From the NCBI GenBank assembly GCA_965226555.1, contig CBDDDG010000022.1, positions 192,001 to 256,000 of the forward strand: 64,000 bases of DNA. The letters run 5' to 3'. Position 1 is the first letter of the stretch; each line of letters begins with the position of its first letter. The position numbers and the translations under genes are program-made. This DNA comes from Salinispira sp. (GTDB lineage Bacteria > Spirochaetota > Spirochaetia > DSM-27196 > Salinispiraceae). Under the pieces are notes generated by a model. It was not told where the DNA came from, ran no database searches, and worked only from the letters and a program-made list of their open reading frames with translations. This document shows, in pieces, positions 9,729 through 20,500 of this stretch.

Positions 9729-10394
9729 ATGTCTTCAATAAAGGCGGTTGCTTTTGACATTGACGGAACTCTTTATCCGAACTCCCGCATGTATGCGGTG
9801 AGCGCAAGTCTTCTTGCGCGGAACCTGAAGCTCTTCCGCGCCTTTTACGCAGTCCGAACAGAATTACGAAATATACGCCCCATCAACAATTTCTACGACA
9901 CCCAAACGATGATGGTTGCAGAAAAAATGGGCAGGAGCGTTGAGGAAACTCAAGCTCTTATTACCGAAGAATTCTATACAAAGTGGGAAAAGGTGTTTCA
10001 TCATGTGAATCTTCATTCCGGTGTTATTGAGACATTTTCATGGTTGGAAAAAAGAGGCATCATCTTGGCTGTGCTTTCCGATTTTCCTGTTGAAACGAAG
10101 CTTAAAATACTTAACATTGAAAATTACTTTCGTGTGGCACTGTGTTCGGAAACAGTCGGCTATCTCAAACCGGCTCCTGAACCCTTCAATGCCCTCCTCG
10201 AAAAACTGAATGTCCCCCCCAAAAACCTCCTGTATGTCGGAAACAGCTATGAGTACGATGTTCAGGGCGCAGCCCGCCTCGGAATACGGACAGCGCACAT
10301 TGCCCGCCGCGCTCCCCCCTGCAGCCCCGCCGATATCACCTTTTCCCGCTATGCTGTTCTGCGTGAATGGCTCAAAAGGCATCTGGAGAAATAA
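9729..10394 (+). CDS. HAD-family hydrolase
   Basis: FDIDGTL, LSD, KP, VGNSYEYDVQGA motifs. Confidence 0.92.
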   Translation: MSSIKAVAFDIDGTLYPNSRMYAVSASLLARNLKLFRAFYAVRTELRNIRPINNFYDTQTMMVAEKMGRSVEETQALITEEFYTKWEKVFHHVNLHSGVIETFSWLEKRGIILAVLSDFPVETKLKILNIENYFRVALCSETVGYLKPAPEPFNALLEKLNVPPKNLLYVGNSYEYDVQGAARLGIRTAHIARRAPPCSPADITFSRYAVLREWLKRHLEK

Positions 10395-10401
10395 CAGAGT
10401 T

Positions 10402-10447
10402 GAAAATTTTGCAAAATACAAAACTTTCTATAAAATGGGAAAATACC
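10402..10447. repeat. Degenerate miniature hairpin element at left edge of defence island
   Basis: GAAAATTTTGC-AAAAT-ACAAAACTTTC followed by TATAAAATGGGAAAATAC, similar to the reverse complement of 60297-60328. Confidence 0.55.
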
Positions 10448-10481
10448 AATTTCGCAGAAAAGAAAATGATGAGAAAGATAA

Positions 10482-11456
10482 TTGAGTGGAAGAAACGTGC
10501 CTGATCAAGAGATGCCACAGAGCAGAAACAACGTATTATTGCAGAATTCTCTCTTTTTTGAATTTCCTGAACAGGAGCAGGGCAGGCGCGCGACAAGGCC
10601 TCAGGCGAAGAGGAAACTTCAGGTAGCTAATGGATACCTTCTTAATTTCGATAACATAACACGTATTTTGAGCGCGGTTTGGGAGAATCGCTCATTGAAT
10701 AGAATTGGTCGAGCGGTTCTCGTGGAGTCAACCGGACTACCGAATAATCACGCACAGTGTCTTGTAAGTATGGCCTCCGCCATGGGATTAATTCAGCCAA
10801 TTGATGCAAGGCCTACCGCGTTTGGTTCTCTGGTAGCAAGCAACGATATGTTCTTTGAACGGCAGGGCACCCTCGAATGGTGTCACTACCGCGGAGCAGG
10901 ATCAATGCGGAACCTCGTATGGTTCGATACATTTAACCGGATAGTTCACGAGAATGAGCCGCAAACACACCGGCAGTGGAGCGCATGGTTCCGGTCGGAA
11001 TTGGCGGGGCAATATAGCGATCGGACGCTCCAGAAAGTTGAACGCGAGGTTCGCTTTGTCATCAATGCCTATCTGGAACAGAAACTCAAAACGCTTGAAA
11101 TTCTGGAATTGGGCGAAGGTGATGTAATAGTGCAGCGGAGACACCGGCAGATCGAGCATTTGATATTTGCGGCAATGCTCTACGACTTCATTGAGGCGCA
11201 GGGATGCAGGACCTTTGAAATTGCGAAATTGACGCGACTGCCGGGCAGTCCTGCCCTTGTGTTTGGATTAGATGCGGATTCAATGCGGTCGCTGGTCGAA
11301 GCTCTTCATGCGGAAGGGCTGGCACGTTACGAAACAACCCACAATTTGGATCAGATCCGGCTGATTCCGGGTTTCAGATCGGAAGAATTTCTCAGCGCGT
11401 ACTATGAAAAACGCCAACCCACAAGGGACAATGACCCCGGAGTTAGTCGTGGCTGA
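10482..11456 (+). CDS. DUF4007-like protein (BREX/Ssp-associated)
   Basis: PTAFGSLV..NDMFFE..GTLEWCHY..VWFDTFN pattern; first gene of the island; start could be ATG 10512. Confidence 0.7.
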   Translation: MSGRNVPDQEMPQSRNNVLLQNSLFFEFPEQEQGRRATRPQAKRKLQVANGYLLNFDNITRILSAVWENRSLNRIGRAVLVESTGLPNNHAQCLVSMASAMGLIQPIDARPTAFGSLVASNDMFFERQGTLEWCHYRGAGSMRNLVWFDTFNRIVHENEPQTHRQWSAWFRSELAGQYSDRTLQKVEREVRFVINAYLEQKLKTLEILELGEGDVIVQRRHRQIEHLIFAAMLYDFIEAQGCRTFEIAKLTRLPGSPALVFGLDADSMRSLVEALHAEGLARYETTHNLDQIRLIPGFRSEEFLSAYYEKRQPTRDNDPGVSRG

Positions 11457-11916
11457 CAGTATTGATGTTATTACATTCGCGCGGGGCATATCGGCGAGGA
11501 AGCGCGGACGAGCTTGCGCAATTATGACTTATGAATATACCGAACAGCGTGACTGGGCAGCGAAGTTGGCGAGGTTGACTGACTTGGAGCACGTTGATGT
11601 TCTTGAGCTGTTCTATGAGGATGAGCAACTGGGGAATAATTTGTATTTTTACTCGCCGGAAGGCTTGTTTTCCCTGCTTCAGGATCGTCTGAAACAGGGG
11701 AACACTGCTATTGTATCGGGCATTGAATTTCTCAAGGCAAGTTGGAGCGGTCAAAAGAACAGCGCGGAGGAATTCGCGGCGTGTCTGGAGATGTGGCAGG
11801 GAAACCCCGCGTTGCTGTTCGTCATGCAATACGACAAGGCTATTGCCGAACATCCCTTCCGCCGATTCCGACAGCATACCTTCATCATCGATCAGAGGGA
11901 GACAATTGCTCTATGA
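11449..11916 (+). CDS. Small BrxF/BrxB-like degenerate P-loop-fold protein
   Basis: ~155 aa, translationally coupled to both neighbours; VDVLELF and AIVSGIEFL segments resemble BrxF; no intact Walker A. Confidence 0.45.
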   Translation: MADSIDVITFARGISARKRGRACAIMTYEYTEQRDWAAKLARLTDLEHVDVLELFYEDEQLGNNLYFYSPEGLFSLLQDRLKQGNTAIVSGIEFLKASWSGQKNSAEEFAACLEMWQGNPALLFVMQYDKAIAEHPFRRFRQHTFIIDQRETIAL

Positions 11917-14900
11917 AGAATGCCGGAATGTTCAGCGCGCTGTTTATTAATTCACTCAGGAAAAAGGTGTCGATGGATGATGCTGCATCCGGCCGTATGA
12001 CGGTACTTGCCCATTCCTTGCAGATGTATGAAATAAGCGATTCCGATGATGTGTGGAATGCGTTCCTGAAGCAGGCAGTGAGCTACTTGGAGTTCGTGCC
12101 TCCCCCGCGAAGGAGAGAGCGCCGGCTATTTCCGCTCTATGAAGACTGGAAGTGCAACAATTGTGTTAGCGTACTTATTGCGGCGCCCGGGAACAGCGAT
12201 CTCGATTCTTATGATGTGGGACAATTTTATCCGGGTAAGCTCATCCGCGAGCTTCGCAAACGTTCGCTGAGTTGGGGCATACTTACAAACGGAAAACTGT
12301 GGCGCCTGTACTCCGCCAGAAGCTCCCGTCCCTTTGAAGATTATGTTGAGCTCGATCTATCATCAACATTGAAAGAAAACGATGAGACAGAATACGCCTT
12401 GTTTGAACATTTCTTCCACCGGGACTCATTTGTCTCTGACGAAGAAAAAAACACGGAGCTGCCCTCATGCCGTTTACATGCGGACCGGCGCGCATCGGAA
12501 GGTATGCTTGACGAGCTGGTCAAAAAACCCTTTCTTGCTCAAGTGGATGAAGTACTTCGGTGTATCTGCAATGGATTCATCAGCGACACGCGAAAGCCCG
12601 GAGAGGAGTACACGGAGGAGAATTGCAGAGAAATTTTCGAGAGCGCGGTCACGCTGATCTACCGAACGCTTTTTCTGTTCTACGCCGAATCTCGCAGGCT
12701 CCTTCCTTCCGATCCTGAGAAGGCCGATCTTTATTGGCGGCATTCAATTAGAGCCCTCTGCGAAGAGTCCCTGAAGTTTCGTTGGGGTGAACGGCGCGAC
12801 AACAATGAATATGACCTGTGGCAGCATTTGAAGGAATTGACCGTTGCCGTGAACAACGGAGATCCCGAGTACGGAATTATGGGATACAACGGCGGGCTAT
12901 TTGATGATGAAGAAGAACGGTTTCTGCGCGATCATCGCTTACGGAACGACTTTCTGTCCCGAGCGCTGTACCTGTTGGCCTATGTGGATCCCCGCGATAA
13001 CAACAAAAATCGTGAGTACGCTATTCCCTACGAGGATCTGGAGATCAGGCATTTGGGTGGGCTCTATGAGAATATTCTGGAGTACACAGTGCTAGTGGCC
13101 GATGCGGATCGAATTCGGCGTCAGACCGGCAAAGGCATAGAGATTATGCTTGCTGAGGGACAGACAAAACGGCGCGGTGACAGCATTATAAAAAAAGGAG
13201 AAGTGTATTTTGGAGAGTCCTCGCTGGAACGGAAGCAGACCGGATCGTACTATACGCCGGAATCGCTGATTCGCTTTCTGAATGAGAAATCAATTGTCGT
13301 ACCGCTTATGGAACGTTTTGAAGCTGCGTATCGGGAGCGTTTCAATGCCTTCAAACAGGAGGCTCTTGAAAGTATTGACCCGGGAACACGGCGAGGCGCG
13401 GCGCAGGCGGGAGCGGAGTTAGTTAGCCGTTTTGCCGAGGAGGAACTTCTCTCCTATACCGTATGCGATCCGGCAATGGGCAGCGGGCATTTTCTGGTCG
13501 ACGCGACCAATCAGATGGCAGGAATCGTTATAACACTCCTTGCGGAGTTGCCGCATGTCGCTGGCATGTCGAGCGCAATTTCCAACAACCCAAATTTCTG
13601 GCGGCGGCGTGTTACTCGGCGCTGCATTTATGGGGTCGATTTAAATCTGCTGGCGGTAAACCTCGCAAAACTGTCGCTCTGGCTCAATTGCTTTGCGAGC
13701 GATCACAAACTCACCTTCCTCGACCACCATGTGCGATGCGGAAACAGCTTAATTGGCATTCGCAATGTGAAGAATCTGAGGCAGATTCCAAAGCGCGGGA
13801 ACGACAGGAAAAACAAGAAGAATGATGAAGGCGACAGTCTCTTCAATGTCGATGATCTTTCTGCCGCGCTGACCGAGGCAGCCGGAGGAATCGCTGGCAT
13901 TGCCCGAATTAATGAGGATGACACCGACCGTCAACGGGAGTCCCTGCGCGAAGCGGAAAAAACGTTGGCGCGAGTCCGCCCCCTTGCGGATATATACACG
14001 GCATATGTAATGAATCCCACTATTCTCCTTGACGAATACCGCCAGTTGTTCACGAAACTTGCCTCGGGTGAGGATGCATCGTCATCGCTCAATTTGGAAT
14101 TGTCGGAGATTTACCGGCAGGCGCGGGAGCTCAGCGCGCGGCACAACTACTTCCACTGGCCTCTGGTCTTTCCCAATGTCTTCGGTTCAGAGGGAAGTGG
14201 AGGTTTTAATGCGACAGTGGGCAACCCGCCATGGGACGTTTTGCAGGCGAATACCCAAGAGTTCTACGTTAACTACGATCCGCAATTCCGGAAATACAAA
14301 AAGCAGGATGCTCTACAGTCCATAAGGGATCTCCATCTGCAGTACCCATCACTCTCCGAACATTGGATAGCGTACCAGAAGGGATTCCAGGAATCTGCAA
14401 CCTTCTGCAAGGAACCAGCTGTATATAGGAGTCTCATAAACGGAAAAATCAACCTTTATAAGGCATTTCTTGAGCGTTTTTTCCAGCTCCTCAGTGCGGG
14501 CGGACGCATGGGGCTCATAGTACCCAGTGGTATTTACACCGACAAAGGCTGCCAACCCCTGCGGGAGTTGTTCTTTGAGAGGAGTTCCGTAGAATTTCTG
14601 TATGGGTTTGAAAATCGGTATCCAATGGTGTTCAATTCTGTTGACAGTCGCCTCAAGTTCGTGCTTTTCGGCGCGCGCAGGGGCGGGACAACCGAGCGTT
14701 TTCGCTGCGCGTTTATGGAACATGATCCTGAGCGGCTCCCTTTCATTGACCGCAATGCGCTCCATACGAACATCGAACAGGTACGAAGGTTCTCGCCAAA
14801 TACCCTGAGCATTATGGAGTTCAAAAACCAGCGTGATATTGACGTCACAACGAAAATATACGGAAACTGGCCGCTTCTTGGAGAAAAAATTGAGGGAACA

Positions 14901-15854
14901 TGGAACGCGCGGTTTCGACAGGAACTGAACATGACAAGTGACAGTCATTTGTTCAAAACCACCCCAACGGAGCACCCGCTCTACGAGGGCAAAATGATCT
15001 GGCACTTCGACAGTGAATTCGCTCCGCCGCAGTACTGGCTGGACAGGAAAGAAGTGACCGCGTCCCTTGGCGAGACGGCCTATGAGGGCGAGCATTACCG
15101 GGTGGGTTTTCGGAATATTGCGATGGGTACGAATGAGAGAACGCTCATCGCAACGCTTATTCCTCCGAGATGTTGGAGCGGTAACTCTCTCTCAATGATC
15201 AGTCCTCGCGAGAGCCATCAATTATCGGACAGGCCAAATGAGTTCGTGTCAATGTACCTTGCTGCTGTTCTTTCTTCGCTTGTTGTCGATTTCATCATCC
15301 GTCAGAAAGTGACAAGCAATATGAGTTTTTTTTATATGAAGACTCTCCCCGTTCCGCGAAAATTTACGACAGTTAGCGGGGACATTGCCCGCGCCATTGT
15401 TGCGCGATCCGCTCGTCTCATTGCGACATCGGCAAAGTATGCGAATATCTGGCGCGCGCTCTTCCGAGAGGAATGGAGCAGGCCGGAATTCTGGTATTCC
15501 GCTGAATTACCGCAGAATACATACGGACCTGCCCACGAACAGGAGATTCGCGAGCGCATTCAGCGTAATGCCATTAAGCTCACGAATACATGGGAGCCTC
15601 ACTGCGGCGTTCATGAAAGGCGCCATGACCGCCGCGATACTGGCGACCGAGCGCAGCTCCGCGCGGAGATTGATGCCTACGCTGCCCATCTATACGAACT
15701 CTCACGGGAAGACTTTACCCATATTTTAGACACCTTTTCCGTACTTAAGAACAAGGAAATAAAGGCCTTCGGCGAGTACATAACCAGACGAAAATGCTTA
15801 GAAGAATATGAAAGAATGTCGGAAAGAATACGACCAAATAGAGATGGGGTATAA
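11913..15854 (+). CDS. Eco57I/type IIG-like N6-adenine DNA methyltransferase (PglX-like)
   Basis: GILTNGKLWRLY, YNGGLF, TGSYYTP, DPAMGSGHFL (motif I), IYGVDLN, GNPPW (motif IV), C-terminal TRD; ATGA overlap with upstream stop. Confidence 0.9.
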   Translation: MKNAGMFSALFINSLRKKVSMDDAASGRMTVLAHSLQMYEISDSDDVWNAFLKQAVSYLEFVPPPRRRERRLFPLYEDWKCNNCVSVLIAAPGNSDLDSYDVGQFYPGKLIRELRKRSLSWGILTNGKLWRLYSARSSRPFEDYVELDLSSTLKENDETEYALFEHFFHRDSFVSDEEKNTELPSCRLHADRRASEGMLDELVKKPFLAQVDEVLRCICNGFISDTRKPGEEYTEENCREIFESAVTLIYRTLFLFYAESRRLLPSDPEKADLYWRHSIRALCEESLKFRWGERRDNNEYDLWQHLKELTVAVNNGDPEYGIMGYNGGLFDDEEERFLRDHRLRNDFLSRALYLLAYVDPRDNNKNREYAIPYEDLEIRHLGGLYENILEYTVLVADADRIRRQTGKGIEIMLAEGQTKRRGDSIIKKGEVYFGESSLERKQTGSYYTPESLIRFLNEKSIVVPLMERFEAAYRERFNAFKQEALESIDPGTRRGAAQAGAELVSRFAEEELLSYTVCDPAMGSGHFLVDATNQMAGIVITLLAELPHVAGMSSAISNNPNFWRRRVTRRCIYGVDLNLLAVNLAKLSLWLNCFASDHKLTFLDHHVRCGNSLIGIRNVKNLRQIPKRGNDRKNKKNDEGDSLFNVDDLSAALTEAAGGIAGIARINEDDTDRQRESLREAEKTLARVRPLADIYTAYVMNPTILLDEYRQLFTKLASGEDASSSLNLELSEIYRQARELSARHNYFHWPLVFPNVFGSEGSGGFNATVGNPPWDVLQANTQEFYVNYDPQFRKYKKQDALQSIRDLHLQYPSLSEHWIAYQKGFQESATFCKEPAVYRSLINGKINLYKAFLERFFQLLSAGGRMGLIVPSGIYTDKGCQPLRELFFERSSVEFLYGFENRYPMVFNSVDSRLKFVLFGARRGGTTERFRCAFMEHDPERLPFIDRNALHTNIEQVRRFSPNTLSIMEFKNQRDIDVTTKIYGNWPLLGEKIEGTWNARFRQELNMTSDSHLFKTTPTEHPLYEGKMIWHFDSEFAPPQYWLDRKEVTASLGETAYEGEHYRVGFRNIAMGTNERTLIATLIPPRCWSGNSLSMISPRESHQLSDRPNEFVSMYLAAVLSSLVVDFIIRQKVTSNMSFFYMKTLPVPRKFTTVSGDIARAIVARSARLIATSAKYANIWRALFREEWSRPEFWYSAELPQNTYGPAHEQEIRERIQRNAIKLTNTWEPHCGVHERRHDRRDTGDRAQLRAEIDAYAAHLYELSREDFTHILDTFSVLKNKEIKAFGEYITRRKCLEEYERMSERIRPNRDGV

Positions 15855-15856
15855 TT

Positions 15857-16456
15857 ATGACTCAAACCGCAAACTCAATTTTTACCATAGGATACGCGGC
15901 TCTTGCAATAGAACGATTCATTGAGTTACTGCGCTTGTATTGCATAACTATTTTGGCCGATGTCAGATCTCAACCCTACAGTCGTTACAGTCCGGAATAC
16001 TCCCGTGATCCGCTTAAGGTTTTGTTGGAAAAATCCGGTATTCGGTACGTCTTCATGGGAAAAGAACTTGGCGCGCGGCGCGATGAACCGGAATGTTACG
16101 AGGATAGCAAAGCGCGGTACGACCTCATCGTCAAAACTCCGGCTTTTCGGGAAGGAATCGCGCGTCTCAAAAGGGGGGCGCTAAAGTATCGCATTGCGCT
16201 TTTATGCGCCGAAAAAGACCCTATAACCTGCCATCGTTCAATACTGGTTTCCCGGGAATTGTCTCGCGAAGGTGTCAATGTCCAACATATTCGCCATGAT
16301 TGCTCTCTCGAATCACAGCAACAATTAGAGCAACGTTTACTCAAATTACATGAAAGGGATCAGGTAGATCTTTTCGATAACAAGTCAACGCGCCTCAATT
16401 ATGTATATACACAGCAGGCGGACTATATTGCATTTGTCCGTGAAGGAGAAGAATGA
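15857..16456 (+). CDS. DUF488 family protein
   Basis: IFTIGY, LADVRSQPYS, ELG, LLCAEKDPITCHR. Confidence 0.88.
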   Translation: MTQTANSIFTIGYAALAIERFIELLRLYCITILADVRSQPYSRYSPEYSRDPLKVLLEKSGIRYVFMGKELGARRDEPECYEDSKARYDLIVKTPAFREGIARLKRGALKYRIALLCAEKDPITCHRSILVSRELSREGVNVQHIRHDCSLESQQQLEQRLLKLHERDQVDLFDNKSTRLNYVYTQQADYIAFVREGEE

Positions 16457-16457
16457 T

Positions 16458-16892
16458 ATGATGCTATTTACCATTGGTTTCACAAAGACAACTGCCGAAT
16501 GTTTCTTTAATCGTCTCAAGAAGGCTGGTGTGCAAAGACTTATTGATGTTCGACTAAACAATCGTTCGCAATTAGCCGGATTTGCGAAACAGCAGGATTT
16601 GGAGTATTTCCTGAAGGAAATTGTGGGCATTGACTACATATACAGACCTGAATGGACGCCGACTCAGGATATTCTCGATGCATATAAAAAGCACAAAGGA
16701 AACTGGAATGTTTATGAAGTTACATTCAATGAGCTGATAGGCGACCGACACATTGAGCAATATACAGACGTAGGAATGCTCAATAATGCCTGCCTGCTGT
16801 GCAGTGAAAATACAGCAGAACATTGTCATCGTCGGCTTGTAGCTGAATATCTGCAAAAAAAATTTGAGGAGCTCGAAATATGTCATTTGTAG
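16458..16892 (+). CDS. DUF488 family protein (second, short type)
   Basis: LFTIGFT, LIDVRL, LLCSENTAEHCHRRL; AAGGAG RBS. Confidence 0.88.
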   Translation: MMLFTIGFTKTTAECFFNRLKKAGVQRLIDVRLNNRSQLAGFAKQQDLEYFLKEIVGIDYIYRPEWTPTQDILDAYKKHKGNWNVYEVTFNELIGDRHIEQYTDVGMLNNACLLCSENTAEHCHRRLVAEYLQKKFEELEICHL

Positions 16893-17528
16893 TCGAACTG
16901 GTTGTGCTGGCCAACTCCCGCAGACCCAACGGACGGTGCATTGCGGGTATCAATCGGAAAACGAGTCAATGGATACGTCCAGTTGGAGCAGATGGCCTCG
17001 GCGAGGTTCCCGATAATCTGCGGAAAATTAATGGAAAAGAACCGAATATACTGGATATTGTACGAATGGAACTCGAAGAATCGGCAGAAACATACCGGTT
17101 TCAGATGGAAAACCGTAACATTGTAAACAAACCCTGGTCTTTTGTTGGAAAGGCCGCTATTGCTGATGTCCTGCCGTATTGCTGTCAGGATCGACACGTT
17201 TTTTTTAACCATCATATTCGTATCCCCCATTCCGATCTTTGCGGCAATTCTTCATGGAATTCTTCTCTCCAGTTATGGGAAGTGGAGGATTTTAGGTGCG
17301 AATACAATGAATATAAAAAATGGAAAGGCACGTTCTCTATTCCGAGTGGGGATGAGCTGTCTCTCAGCATCACGGATATTGACTACCTAACGCGTCTTAA
17401 CTCGGGCTATAAACCCGGTGAACGCGCCCTACTACTCATAAGTCTGGGGGGGTCCTCATCAACCTGAATATGAAGGGTGGACAAAGATGTATTGCTGGAA
17501 ACTCATTGCGGGGGTAATTGAGCTATGA
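16880..17528 (+). pseudogene. Dual OB-fold-like protein, frameshifted in G7 near 3' end
   Basis: LANSR..GRCIAG..WIRPV N-terminus; removing one G from 17446-17452 gives ...LGGPHQPEYEGWTKMYCWKLIAGVIEL* ending at 17528. Confidence 0.7.
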
Positions 17529-17544
17529 CGATAGGGAGAATGAC

Positions 17545-20500
17545 ATGGCAAAAATAAAAGATGTTGTGCGCATTAAGGGCGGATACGTAAATTTCGTAGA
17601 GCTCAAGAGCGCATTCGAAGAATCTCAGCAAAATGCCGACAGAATGGCAATGTACCGCCCCACCAAAGCGCACCGCAGAGCCTTTGAGCAAATATCACGA
17701 GGACTCTTTCACCCCAACAACAAGAAATTCTACCTCCTGAGCGGCTCCTATGGAACCGGTAAGTCGCACCTCTGCCTCATGCTCGCCAATATCCTGAGCC
17801 GAGCGAGCGGAGACCCGACAATTGCCGGTTTCTACGAGAACTACAGCAAACTAAATTCTGAATCCGCAAAGCATTTGAAAAACATTCGCAAGGACGGACA
17901 GTACCTTGTCGCTATATGCGACTACCATTCCGGCAAACGCTTTGAGGACATTGTGCTGAAGGCGGTGTTGAATGCCTGTAAGTCTATGGGGCTCAATGCC
18001 CAGGTGGAAACGGAGTTCAATGAAGCGGAACGTCAGCTTGCGGCATGGGAGGAGCTGGGAAACTCGGGAGGCATTCGGAATTTCTACCAGGATTTTAGCG
18101 CTGCGCTTACTTCGGTATCTCCGGCTTCCACGGTGGAGCAACTTCGCCGTTCCCTGAAGGACTATGACTCGCAGGCTCTGGAACAATTCCGGCTCGCCTT
18201 CAGGGAAATGATGGGAGGGATCGAATTTCAGGCTACGTCAGGAAATCTCATTCCTATTATTCAAAAGCTTGTCAACAGTCAGGAGTTCAGGAATCGATTC
18301 AAAGGTCTCGCGGTGTTCTTCGATGAGTTTGGCTTCACATTGGAGAAAGCCAACTACTCCAAAGACATTCTGCAAGGCTTTATGGAGACCATCTGCAAAA
18401 ATGAACCGAACGTTATGTTCATTGGGTGCATTCACAAAGACTTCAAATCCTATGCCGACCGCTTCAGCCAGGCCGATGCCAATGTTATGAGCGCCCGTAT
18501 TACTCAGGTGAGTCTGCTGAACGAAGGTATTGAGGAAATCATTGAGGCCATTGTGGAGACCGATAAACAGAGTCCCGTTTGGAAAGAGAACATTGAAGCA
18601 AAAATACACATATTTGATCGGCTTAGTCCTCAGTGTAAATCGCTCAATCTTTTCCCATGGATCGATAATGCTGCGCCTGTTCTGGAGAATATTTACGGCG
18701 TGCATCCCATGGCTCTTTCATGTCTGCTTAAACTATCGTCCGAAATTGGCTCGGACGCGCGCAGCGCTTTTACCTTCTTCACTGGTGCCGAAGATGACCG
18801 GGGAGCGTCATATTCGGACTATATTGAACATACCAATATTGTTGTCAATGGCGGTAAGCTTAATCTCTATACCGTCGATAAGCTCGCCATTTTTTTCAGA
18901 GCGATTTGCTGGTTCGAAATTCGGATCTTCGCGAAGGGCAACGGAATGTTGTCAATGGTTACATTGCGAGTATCGATGTGCTTCGCAAGGCAAAACCAAA
19001 TGAACTGGAAGGTTTAGAAGATGATGATCGCCAACAAATTCTGAATCTCCTCCTTATCTATCGCATCTGCCAAATTTCAGCGAATATGGAGAACATTCAG
19101 TTCGGCCTGTACTGTCTGACTTCGCACGAAAAAAAGCGCGTTGTGACTTTACTCAAGGAACTGGAGAAGTACGGAGCGGTGTTTTTCCGGCGACAATCTA
19201 AAACCTATGAGTTGCTTGAAGGTTCAGGCGAAGATCCCTACGATCTCATTGATCGTTTCATTGCCGATAGCTCATTGCATCCGCATGATTCGGTTAAAGC
19301 CTTCCTCGATGATGCCGGATTAAAGAGTTCGGAAGAGTTTGTGGAAGCAAAAGGATTCAACCTGCCCTACACCGATGACAAGCGATTCCGCAGGGAATTT
19401 GTCCGAGCGAAGGATCTTGGCAAGGAACTGTGGGATTCCTTTCAGAAAAAATATGATGATGCCCGCGCGAATCCGAGCAAAAGCTATGAAGGTGTCCTAG
19501 TGTACGCACTCTGTGAAGATGAAGCGGATGTTAACGTTGCCCGCGATGCCGCGAGAATAATTTCATGGGAGCGGCTTGCGGTTTCTGTTCCTCACAATCC
19601 CAAACCCTTCGGCGAGACATTACTCAAAGTTCGGGCCTGTCGTCACTATCTTTCCAGAGATGCGAAGATTAGCGCTCAGACTGAATCGAGAATGCGCGAT
19701 ATTCTAGATAATAAGGACGATGGGGCGCGCGCCACACTGAAAAATACTCTTGACCAAATTTCCGAAGGCAGCGATTCGAGCTGGCACACCGTGAGAGGTT
19801 CAATTCTTGTAGATAAGCCCCAACAGGCGCATCGGCCTGCGGACATGCTCTGCGAGAAACTCTTCAACAAACGCTCGCTCATTAAGCACCCCGATCTCAA
19901 TTTGTGTCACGATGATCGGTGGAAAACCGGTAAAAATAACGCGCTCAAAGATGCGGTCAGGGTCTTGCTGACCGCCGAGCGGGTCATGATCGATAACGGA
20001 AACCCGGACAGCCACGGCGAGAAACGCTACCTTGAAAAGGTGCTGCTGAAAGGTTCCGGCGCGCTCAAAAAGACTGGCGATGATGGGCGAGTAACTTATT
20101 TTACGTGTGAGTCAGATTCCTCAAAACTGAATGATAGTTTTCCGGCGCTGAAGGAGCTCTGCGCAGGGTTGGAGAATAGTAGTTCCGGGCAAAACTTCAA
20201 TGCGGGGGCATTTCTCGCCAAAGTTCGCAACGCCCCTTATGGCGCGGGGGGAACCGCCCTCATTCTGGCTTTTGCCCATGTTATTCGGGCCTACGGAGAG
20301 CGCCTGAGTTTCTTCAAAGATTCAATGAAAATGCTGGAATTGCCCATACAGTCATATACGGATATTGAATCAATTGTGGATAATTCCGCATCTCAGGTCG
20401 TCATTTCCATTCGAAACATTAGCGCTGAACAATTCGATCTTGTCAATCGTATTGCAATATCTGCGGGCGAGTCGGAGCTCAGGCATGGCGAAAAACGATC

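Noticed and set aside
11742..11912. Extended N-terminus of the MTase ORF
   Set aside because: Overlaps the upstream gene; RBS and ATGA coupling point to 11913
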